Shown here: positions 7,230-14,801 of the stretch, piece after piece
How positions within the stretch are numbered: the first letter of the stretch is position 1
Layout: each line of letters opens with the position of its first letter
IMG/VR virus record: IMGVR_UViG_3300018411_000028
Span: 1-59,737 of that record
Reading direction: 5' to 3' (one strand)
Origin: a virus
DNA: 59,737 bases
The notes under the pieces: model-generated
Database searches by the model: none
What the model was told of the DNA's origin: nothing
Seen by the model: the letters and a program-made list of their open reading frames with translations, nothing else
Program-made: the position numbers and the translations under genes

Positions 7230-9008
7230 GTGGACAAGGATTACTTTACAACTCAAAACTTAGTGTACCTAGACATTGAAACAGACGATTCTGCAGACTG
7301 TGGTACAGATCCTTACAGATCAAAAATAGTCACTCTGCAAATGATGATGAATGGAATAAAAGGTATAAAGTGCAATGAAGAAATAACGACTAAACGCTTT
7401 AAGTTTTTAGAAAAAGCAGTAGTAGTAGGACATAACCTACTCTTTGAGTGCAAATTTATCAAGCACCATTTAAACATAACTCTAAAAAACGTCTATGATA
7501 CCATGATTGCAGAGCATGTAATAACAGGTGGTGTAAGTGGTAGAACTTCACTTAATGAACTCACAGAGAAATACTGTGGAATCACATTAGATAAAACCCT
7601 GCAGCGAAGTTTTGTCTACGGTAAAGAGCCTTCACCTGCACAGGTAGAATACGCCTATCAGGATATTGTGCATTTGGAAACAATAATGAAAAAGCAGCTT
7701 GCAGAAGTTGCACGCCTTAACCTGTGGAATACCCTAGAAATAGAAATGAACTGTGTACCTGCAGTTGCCTGGATGGAGCTATCAGGTGCAAATGTTGACA
7801 TACCTACACTGAAAGAAATAGAAGCGACAGTCAGGGCACAAAAGGACGCTGTAGAAGAAACTTTAAAATCTGAACTAACTTACGAGCAGTCAGACGCAAA
7901 AGGAAAGCAAATGACTCTCTTTGGTGGAGTAACTAAGATAACTCCTGATCTTACAAGCCCTAAGCAACTGCTTGAAGCTCTGCACAGGAAAGGTTTTAAA
8001 AACCTTGCAGGCACAGGAAAGCAGGAAATGTCTAAGTATCAAGGTAATTCAATAATAACAGATCTCAAAATATGGAAGGGTAATGAAAAGCTTCTTTCAG
8101 GTTTTATTAATCCACTGCTAGGATATGATAGGAAAACTAAGCAGTATGGAGAGTCTAAATTTATTAATCCTATCACTGGCAGGGTCCACCCAAGTTTTAA
8201 CCAGGTCGGCGCAAGGTCCGGCAGGTTTGCGTGTAATAATCCTAATCTCCAGCAGCAGCCTAGTAGGCTCAAGACATGGAGACATATTTACAAAGCAATG
8301 CCAGGATATAAAATAGTTGCAGCAGATTGGTCACAAATAGAGCTCAGAATAGTAGGGCAACTGTCACAAGAGCCCGCGTACATTGAGGCATATAACGATA
8401 AAAAAGACTTGCATAGGAGAACAGCATCACAAATGTTTGATTTACCTCTTGAACAGGTCACAGACGCTCAAAGAAGTATGGCAAAATCTATAAATTTCGG
8501 TCTAAATTATGGCATGGGCGCGGCAACCTTAAAAGAAAAACTCAAAATGGATGTTGGAATTGATATGCCAGTTGAAGAGGCACAAAGGCTTAAAGAAGTG
8601 TTTCAGGATATGTATCCTAAAGTTACAAATTACCTTTATAAGTCAGGAGAAAAAGGTTTTTCACAGGGGTATGTCTACACAGCAGCAGGCAGGCTTTGTT
8701 TAACTATGAACCCTGGCATAGAAACACCTGAATACACAGCAAAAAACAGAGGAAAGAACTTACCTATACAGGGTTTATGCGCTGATATGTTAAAAATTGC
8801 AATGCGTGAGATATTTTTAAAACTTGAGCCTAGAGGAGTTAAGCTTATCAACACAGTGCATGACGAATTAGTATTTGAGTGTAAAGCTGAGATTGCAAAT
8901 GAAGTAGGAGAAATAGTTAAGGCAGAAATGGAGAAAGCCGGAAAACAGTTTTTACCTGATTTGCCTTGTGTGTCTGAGGTAACAGTTGATAACTACTGGA
9001 GGCACTAA
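7230..9008 (+). CDS. polA: Family A DNA polymerase with 3'-5' exonuclease domain
   Basis: GTG start directly after GGTGGTATAA. Exonuclease motifs YLDIETD, GHNLLFECKF, YAYQDIVH. Polymerase motif A DWSQIELRI, motif B RSMAKSINFGLNYGMG, motif C VHDELVFE. Confidence 0.95.
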   Translation: MDKDYFTTQNLVYLDIETDDSADCGTDPYRSKIVTLQMMMNGIKGIKCNEEITTKRFKFLEKAVVVGHNLLFECKFIKHHLNITLKNVYDTMIAEHVITGGVSGRTSLNELTEKYCGITLDKTLQRSFVYGKEPSPAQVEYAYQDIVHLETIMKKQLAEVARLNLWNTLEIEMNCVPAVAWMELSGANVDIPTLKEIEATVRAQKDAVEETLKSELTYEQSDAKGKQMTLFGGVTKITPDLTSPKQLLEALHRKGFKNLAGTGKQEMSKYQGNSIITDLKIWKGNEKLLSGFINPLLGYDRKTKQYGESKFINPITGRVHPSFNQVGARSGRFACNNPNLQQQPSRLKTWRHIYKAMPGYKIVAADWSQIELRIVGQLSQEPAYIEAYNDKKDLHRRTASQMFDLPLEQVTDAQRSMAKSINFGLNYGMGAATLKEKLKMDVGIDMPVEEAQRLKEVFQDMYPKVTNYLYKSGEKGFSQGYVYTAAGRLCLTMNPGIETPEYTAKNRGKNLPIQGLCADMLKIAMREIFLKLEPRGVKLINTVHDELVFECKAEIANEVGEIVKAEMEKAGKQFLPDLPCVSEVTVDNYWRH

Positions 9009-9333
9009 ACACGCCTTTCTTAAATTAAATTTTTAGAGGAACTATGCTACCACTTATTATCGAAGCTCCAAATTCAATGATTTTTATAAAAAATGGTAGA
9101 GCTTATGTTTACCATTTTGATATTCACATTATGCTACGAATACGAGTACGTAAAGTATGTACTTGCTGGTGGTTGCTGTGAACAATCTAAATTTAGTCAA
9201 CCACACAAACACCTTAACTTAATTTATTGACTCAACCTTGCGCCTCTCTGTAAGTCTGGTGCAAGGTTTGAGTGCTAAAACACTAAGTTATTGTTTAGTC
9301 TGATCATAACTGCCTAAACGTGCAATAGAAAGT

Positions 9334-9358
9334 TATTTAAACAATAAGCGCGTATATA
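9334..9358 (+). promoter_or_regulatory. BRE/TATA-like promoter, AGCGCGTATATA family, copy 1
   Basis: tatttaaacaataAGCGCGTATATAg. The 12-mer at 9347-9358 is shared with 10845, 40054 and 38083 (minus strand). It faces the structured region and tRNA downstream. Confidence 0.5.
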
Positions 9359-9379
9359 GTTATTGCAGGCTGAGGAAGT

Positions 9380-9700
9380 TAAGCCTGTTGTCACAGACTC
9401 TTACTAAGGGCTCTGTGCAATAACTTTTGTTGCATCTTGTGTAGGTGCGTGAATTGAAACTGTGCAATAATCTTTATACATTAAAACGTGTAGAGAATAA
9501 GCAGCGTGAGGTCCACGGCACCATAGTACCTCTCAAAAGATATGCGTGCGCCGGTATACCGTTTTCGGCTAAATAAATCAACGGGAACCCTCCTACTTAA
9601 GTAAGTCATCGTGGAGTCCAAGGACCTTGTGGACTGCTTCAAAAATTTAGGTCGGCTGTTGCGGGCTCAGCCTAATAACGCCCTGCTTGCATTTCATAAA
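9380..9700 (+). ncRNA. Candidate structured leader or ncRNA between promoter copy 1 and the tRNA
   Basis: No convincing ORF, locally GC-richer, several hand-foldable hairpins: caggct/agcctg at 9367-9388, agtcca/tggact at 9615-9636, ggctg/cagcc at 9653-9671, palindrome cggtataccg at 9551-9560. Boundaries are guessed. Confidence 0.3.
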
Positions 9701-9782
9701 GGGAGTTTTGCGGATCGGTAAACGCGCTTGACTTAAAATCAAGTCCTGGAGAGGTTGACAGGTTCAACTCCTGTATCTCCCA
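9701..9782 (+). tRNA. tRNA-Leu (anticodon UAA), type II with long variable arm
   Basis: Hand-folded cloverleaf:
- Acceptor GGGAGTT/ATCTCCC (6 of 7 pairs), U8.
- D-arm GCG/CGC with A14 and G18G19.
- Anticodon stem CTTGA/TCAAG, loop CTTAAAA (U33, TAA at 9734-9736, A37).
- 14-nt variable arm.
- T-arm ACAGG/CCTGT with loop TTCAACT.
- Discriminator A, no encoded CCA. Confidence 0.75.
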
Positions 9783-10101
9783 TTCTAAGGCTGTTTAAGC
9801 TGTTATAGAACAGCTTAATAGAATTAGTCAAGAACAGAATAAAAACTTAGCTATAGTGCTGAGATTGGACGTGGTGAAGCATGAGTGTAGATATGAATTA
9901 TCTCCTAGCAGGTATGCTAACAGGTATGTCTGTTTTTGTGTTGTATACTTACCTTGAAATTGATCTATCTGCTTTGAAAATGAGGGTTTGAAGTGTTAGA
10001 TACTCTTATTGCTCTTTTTGCTGCTGTTTTTGTGACTGCTACAGTAGCTTTTTTAACTGCTTACCTTGTTTTAAAAAATAAAAAGTTGTTAACTTAACAA
10101 C

Positions 10102-10347
10102 TTACTTTTTACTAATCCTGAATAACTCTCTATATATCGTTTGATTTGTAGGGATAGTCCTAAAATTAAACGAGATAGTATCGTTCTGCATTGGTCTACA
10201 TAGGCTTTTAACAGTCAACCCTCTGCAGGCTGTAAGTGTAATTTTCTTAATCTCAGGAAAATCTCTTACAGCTCTTTTCACTTTCAGAAATATCTCTACA
10301 CTGGCAGGATGTCTATCAAATCTTTTATCTGTTTTAATTTCTGTCAT
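10102..10347 (-). CDS. Hypothetical protein (81 aa)
   Basis: ATG 10347 lies 4 nt after AGGTGATAA. The 16-nt leader ctatagtaggtgataa is identical to that of the gene starting at 39987. The track start at 10356 is a GTG inside the RBS. Confidence 0.55.
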   Translation of the reverse strand: MTEIKTDKRFDRHPASVEIFLKVKRAVRDFPEIKKITLTACRGLTVKSLCRPMQNDTISFNFRTIPTNQTIYRELFRISKK

Positions 10348-10517
10348 TGTTATCACCTACTATAGATATTGTTTTCAAAGCTTATATAATTTTCTGTGAA
10401 TGTTTGCAACAGCCTGAAGTTTAGCGTAGGGTAGTCTAAGATATAAATCACGAAAGACTTTTTATACAAAACTGCACATACTACTGTAATGTAATACATA
10501 TAAACAGGAGCTCAAAA

Positions 10518-10769
10518 ATGGTAAAAAAGTATGAGATAAAAAACGATATAATAAAGGCAGTGGATACAGGAAAGCGAAAAAAGCGTGTCTTGGTAGTCTC
10601 AGCATGTAAAGACTGCCCATGCAGAACTCACAGAAACGGTTTACCATTTTGTATGGCAACCGGAGAAGACATTCAGCTAGACTCAATAGATTTCCCTGAG
10701 TCCTGCGTCCTAGATACACTGCGAGAGTTTTACGAATCCCTGAAAAAATCTCAGAATGAGAGCAATTAA
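10518..10769 (+). CDS. Hypothetical Cys-containing protein (83 aa)
   Basis: AGGAG upstream of the ATG. CKDCPC...FC cysteines. A hairpin plus T-run follows. Confidence 0.55.
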   Translation: MVKKYEIKNDIIKAVDTGKRKKRVLVVSACKDCPCRTHRNGLPFCMATGEDIQLDSIDFPESCVLDTLREFYESLKKSQNESN

Positions 10770-10772
10770 TTT

Positions 10773-10799
10773 AAGTGGTTATTTACCACTTTCTTTTTT
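10773..10799 (+). terminator. Hairpin plus oligo-T terminator
   Basis: aagtggt-tattt-accactt followed by tctttttt, 4 nt after the stop codon of 10518..10769. Confidence 0.5.
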
Positions 10800-10831
10800 A
10801 ATTCTGTTTACTAACACCTTAAATAAAAAAC

Positions 10832-10856
10832 TTTAAATAGTTTGAGCGCGTATATA
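10832..10856 (+). promoter_or_regulatory. BRE/TATA-like promoter, AGCGCGTATATA family, copy 2
   Basis: tttaaatagtttgAGCGCGTATATAc, 50 nt upstream of the TTG start at 10906 (first adhesin cassette). Confidence 0.55.
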
Positions 10857-10905
10857 CTGTAACTGTATATACAAAAGCTACATAATATAGTTAAGAGGTG
10901 TTAGA

Positions 10906-11067
10906 TTGGTAAAGCTACAAACAACAGAGAGGGGTACGCATTTAATATCTATCCCTAAGAAACTAGCTAAGGCAATGAAGTGGAAGCCTGATGAGGACTT
11001 TGCTTTATGTCCTTGCGGTGATGGGGTGTTGAGAATAGTTCCTATACGTGGGAAGGGGTTAGTATGA
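10906..11067 (+). CDS. AbrB/SpoVT-like small DNA-binding protein (53 aa)
   Basis: TTG start after GAGGTG. VKLQTTERGTHLISIPKKLAKAMKWKPDEDFAL...GVLRIVP fits the swapped-hairpin AbrB/MazE pattern (G..isIPK...g....). ATGA overlap with the next gene. Confidence 0.55.
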   Translation: MVKLQTTERGTHLISIPKKLAKAMKWKPDEDFALCPCGDGVLRIVPIRGKGLV

Positions 11068-13055
11068 AATTTATGAAAGTAGTATCAATAGCACTTATAC
11101 TTATGCTTCTCTTTGTGAGTGCCGCAAGTGCAGCGCAGGGAGAAACAAAAGTTAAAACTAATGCTAACTTATGTGCAGACAGACTTTTAGAACTGCAAAC
11201 TAAACAATCTGTGCATATAGAAAAGGCTGAGGCAAAAGGCAGTAGTGAAAAAAATCTTTACAAACATGCAATTGTAGATATTAATGAACAGGTCACAATT
11301 TCAGCAAGTCTTGATTCAAGCACTCTTGTATGTGGCAAAAGTGCAGATGGTAATATAAGAATTAAAGACCTTGGGAAAGACCACAAACTCAGAGATATTA
11401 GAATTAAAGCCTCTGACCTTGTGGGACTGCCAGGTGTTGATAAAGGTATTGTTAAAGTAACACACTACAACGATGCCGGACTTCCTGATGCTGTATGGAT
11501 TCAAGAGATAGTTAATAATAACGGCTATGTCTACTTTGAAGCTGTACCGTTCTCAGAAGTCGTTATAGGTGGCTTTGTTGGCGATTACACAAAGACCGGG
11601 ACTTTAGACTATCAGACTTCAACAGCTTTTAGTCTTGGAACTACCTTTGATGCAAGCGCAGTAAATGCAATAGAAGCAACAGTAACACCAACATACACGG
11701 AAACAAGTCCTTATGATATTCCTACAGATGGGCTTGTTGGATTCTGGAAATTTGACGAAAACACAGGTACGAATGTTTCTGATAGTTCAGGAAATGGAAA
11801 TCACGGGACTGCAAGCGGGATGACTTGGACTGACGGAAAATACAATTCAGCCGGAAGTTTTGATGGAGTTAATGATTATGTTGATACGCCTATATGTGTG
11901 AATGGTTCGTTTACAATTGACTTAACCACTAATATATACATAGATAATAGAGACATCTGTAGTTGTTGGGGGGTTGTTGATAGCCGAGCTTTTGCAATAT
12001 ATCAACAGGGGGGTTATACTAAAATATTAGTATCACCGAATGGTTCAACCGAAGGTAGCTCATACACAATGGCTGATCAGTATGTATTAAATGAATTAGT
12101 AAATATAGGTATAGTTTATGACCACACCGCACAAACAATCTCCTTTTATAAAAATGGAGTATTGTCAAATACTGTGAATACTATAAAAATGTTTGAAAAT
12201 ACAACATCACAATTAAGAATTGGTCCATCATATATTAAGGGACCTCATAGTGGAACAGTTGATAATTTTATCTTATATAACCGTACACTTTCGGAATCTG
12301 AAATTACAGCAATCTATTACGACTCACTCGTAGACCTGAAACTCAAAACAAACAGCAATACCGGATATTCGGACGAAATAGACGAAAGCGGAACAGTTTC
12401 AATTCCATACGATTCAGAAGACAGTGATATAACAAGCCTTAGTGCTTACGTACCTGAAAACGTAACAATCGGCGGGGTAACAGTTCGGGATTATACAAAC
12501 ACTGTAACACCATTTGGAATAAGTGCAACAGTAGGGTATACAGAAGACACAACTTTAATAACCGAAACACTGACAGACGAAAGTTATCAGCTTGTAATAA
12601 GGCATACCCCAGGCAATGACTACACAGCAGCTTCAACAGTGGTTTATACCTCTGACACAAACGCTATACTTAGTAGCTCATACCTGACCTATGACCTTAC
12701 AAGCACTAATCCAAATGCAGTATTAGCGTTTAATCCAGCAACCTTAAAGTGGGCCATTACCACAGGAGCAATAACAGCAGACACAGCTTATACATACAAC
12801 ATTATAGCAACCACAGAAGGAACTGAAGTTCTTGACGTTGAAAACGGTGTTGGTGATTCATTCGTTGAAACATTCCCACAGGAAGGAAACGAAAACACAG
12901 CTATAGGAACTAGCTTTACTGTGGAATCAAACAGTGAAATATTAGGTATGATGAACGGTGCTGACATATGGAACACAACCTCAGCAGTAGTGCTGGCAGT
13001 CATAGTTATAATGGGTGCTTGTTTACTGTTAACATATGTAAGGAAGGTGGATTAA
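11064..13055 (+). CDS. Large secreted, membrane-anchored LamG/concanavalin-like lectin-domain protein (candidate receptor-binding/adhesin protein)
   Basis: Signal peptide MKFMKVVSIALILMLLFVSAASAAQG. LamG signature GLVGFWKFDENTGTNVSDSSGNGNHGT...FDGVNDYV. Thr/Ser-rich C-terminal half with many N-x-S/T sites. C-terminal TM AVVLAVIVIMGACLLL. Confidence 0.85.
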   Translation: MKFMKVVSIALILMLLFVSAASAAQGETKVKTNANLCADRLLELQTKQSVHIEKAEAKGSSEKNLYKHAIVDINEQVTISASLDSSTLVCGKSADGNIRIKDLGKDHKLRDIRIKASDLVGLPGVDKGIVKVTHYNDAGLPDAVWIQEIVNNNGYVYFEAVPFSEVVIGGFVGDYTKTGTLDYQTSTAFSLGTTFDASAVNAIEATVTPTYTETSPYDIPTDGLVGFWKFDENTGTNVSDSSGNGNHGTASGMTWTDGKYNSAGSFDGVNDYVDTPICVNGSFTIDLTTNIYIDNRDICSCWGVVDSRAFAIYQQGGYTKILVSPNGSTEGSSYTMADQYVLNELVNIGIVYDHTAQTISFYKNGVLSNTVNTIKMFENTTSQLRIGPSYIKGPHSGTVDNFILYNRTLSESEITAIYYDSLVDLKLKTNSNTGYSDEIDESGTVSIPYDSEDSDITSLSAYVPENVTIGGVTVRDYTNTVTPFGISATVGYTEDTTLITETLTDESYQLVIRHTPGNDYTAASTVVYTSDTNAILSSSYLTYDLTSTNPNAVLAFNPATLKWAITTGAITADTAYTYNIIATTEGTEVLDVENGVGDSFVETFPQEGNENTAIGTSFTVESNSEILGMMNGADIWNTTSAVVLAVIVIMGACLLLTYVRKVD

Positions 13056-13056
13056 A

Positions 13057-13509
13057 ATGGCTTTGAACATGGAAAAAGGTATGGTATACCTTATAGGGGT
13101 AGTCACAATAATGGCTATCTTTACAATTGTGCCATATGTGGGTACTATGTTAGGGGAATCTAACAGCGTGACAGAGCGTATTGGCTCTGTTAACGTTTTC
13201 TTTAACGATGTGGGTACAGATGCAACAGCTTTTGAAGTAGCAGTCTATAATGAAGAAGGCAGGAAAATAGGCACTACTGAAGCAGGGGAAGTATTAGGTG
13301 ATTCATGGTGTACTGCAAGCTTTAAAACACCTGTGAGGGTGACACATGAGGAAAAGATAACATTCCTTGTATCAGCTAATGGGAACTTTGTAATACCTGG
13401 GGATGAAACAGGGATTATTGAAGAGAGTATTAGCGGATATGGTGCTTTTCCTTTTTCAATAAGTGAAGAGGGTACAGGAAGCTTAAGCGTTTATGCTAGC
13501 TTCCTTTAA
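13057..13509 (+). CDS. Membrane-anchored protein (150 aa)
   Basis: Starts 1 nt after the previous stop, with an AAGGTGGA RBS. N-terminal TM helix VYLIGVVTIMAIFTIVPYV. Confidence 0.7.
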   Translation: MALNMEKGMVYLIGVVTIMAIFTIVPYVGTMLGESNSVTERIGSVNVFFNDVGTDATAFEVAVYNEEGRKIGTTEAGEVLGDSWCTASFKTPVRVTHEEKITFLVSANGNFVIPGDETGIIEESISGYGAFPFSISEEGTGSLSVYASFL

Positions 13510-13589
13510 TTTTCTTTTTTAGTTGTTTCCTACTGTTTTATATACTTTGAGTACATAGTAACTTCTATCATAAAATGAGGTGGTAGAAA

Positions 13590-13772
13590 GTGAAACTTGA
13601 AAATATAATTATAACTGTAACTCCAATAGGCAATAAATTTAAATTCTCTGCTGAAAGTGATAATCAGATAGTCTCATTTGGTGTAACTGAGACATTTTCA
13701 TACAATGCAATGACAAGGACATTTTATGCTGGTGGCATGAAACTAGGCGGAGTAAAGAAAGTTAATTTCTGA
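13590..13772 (+). CDS. Hypothetical protein (60 aa)
   Basis: GTG start after GAGGTGGTAGAAA, a variant of the conserved RBS. Confidence 0.5.
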   Translation: MKLENIIITVTPIGNKFKFSAESDNQIVSFGVTETFSYNAMTRTFYAGGMKLGGVKKVNF

Positions 13773-13782
13773 GGTGGTATAT

Positions 13783-13893
13783 ATGAGAAACAGAGATTCA
13801 GATGATTATTATAACATGCTGAAAAGCAAGAAAGTTAAGAAATGCGCTGAAGACTATGAAGAATCTGCAGAGGAAGTAGTATGGACAAAGTAA
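13783..13893 (+). CDS. Small charged peptide (36 aa)
   Basis: ATG directly after GGTGGTATAT at 13773-13782. Overlaps the next gene by 13 nt. Confidence 0.35.
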   Translation: MRNRDSDDYYNMLKSKKVKKCAEDYEESAEEVVWTK

Positions 13894-14435
13894 ACACAAA
13901 CAAAGAACATGTTAAAAGCCTGCTTTCCTCTGTGGATAGAGAGGGTATGCAGGCTCTCATAGCCTGGCTTGAGCAGTCAGATTATTTTATTGCTCCTGCA
14001 TCGACTATTTACCATGGATCTTTTGAGGGTGGTCTTTGTGCGCACTCACTTAAGGTTATGAAACTGTTTAATGAGGTGAATTTACACATTATGGACTGTG
14101 CTCATGCAGACACAGTAATTATTTGTGGGTTGCTGCATGATCTGTGTAAAGTAGGTGCCTACAAGAAGTTTATTAAAGAGCAAAAAGTAGTTTATCGACA
14201 CACAGAAAACCATGCCTCAAGGTACTACCATGCAACTTTATCCCTGGACATTATAGAGGGGTTTATCGAGCTTACACCCTTAGAGCATGACATAATCCTT
14301 TATCATATGGGGCTCTTCGGCTGTTATGGTCGGTATTGTGAGTATACTTCAAAAGAGTTACATAACGCAATTGCAAAAAATTGTTTAATACAGATATTTG
14401 CTTCCTGTGATACAGAAGAGGCACATAGCTGTTAA
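13881..14435 (+). CDS. HD-superfamily metal-dependent phosphohydrolase
   Basis: H...HD...H pattern: CAHSLKV, GLLHDLCKVG, ILYHMG. Confidence 0.7.
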   Translation: MDKVNTNKEHVKSLLSSVDREGMQALIAWLEQSDYFIAPASTIYHGSFEGGLCAHSLKVMKLFNEVNLHIMDCAHADTVIICGLLHDLCKVGAYKKFIKEQKVVYRHTENHASRYYHATLSLDIIEGFIELTPLEHDIILYHMGLFGCYGRYCEYTSKELHNAIAKNCLIQIFASCDTEEAHSC

Positions 14436-14600
14436 TACCTTACCTCTCCTTCTCTTTTTTCGTTTACTGTTTTTTTAATAAAGTTTTATATACCAAAACT
14501 TTTTATAGTTTGCACACCATAACCTATTATAGGAAGTGATAAACTGACTAAAACTAGGAAATGGCACCAGAAAAGCGGTACTTATGCACCTGGCTATAAA

Positions 14601-14801
14601 ATGCTATTAGCAGGCGTTAAGCCTGGTAAATGTATTCTAGCAGGTGTTGACCCTTCAGATATGAGAAAAATACTTAGATTTCGTGCTGTGCAGGGGCAGA
14701 ACCTTACTTTATCAGAATTTGCAGCTAAAACTGGTCTGTCACGGCACACATGCAATAATCTGAAAAAGATTTACATTGCTCATAAGGGGAGAAAAGTATG
14801 A
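14601..14801 (+). CDS. Small HTH-like protein preceding the second adhesin gene
   Basis: LTLSEFAAKTGLSRHTCNNL is helix-turn-helix-like. ATGA overlap with 14798. The frame is open upstream to 14523 with AGTGATAAA-CTG at 14544, so a longer form is possible. Confidence 0.5.
   Translation: MLLAGVKPGKCILAGVDPSDMRKILRFRAVQGQNLTLSEFAAKTGLSRHTCNNLKKIYIAHKGRKV

Noticed and set aside
9045-10100. Short ORFs in the large non-coding region (a 44-aa ORF at about 9045 and two hydrophobic 34-36-aa ORFs at about 9881-10097)
   Set aside because: They have no conserved RBS motif. The hydrophobic pair could be real micro-membrane proteins, but the evidence is too thin to call.
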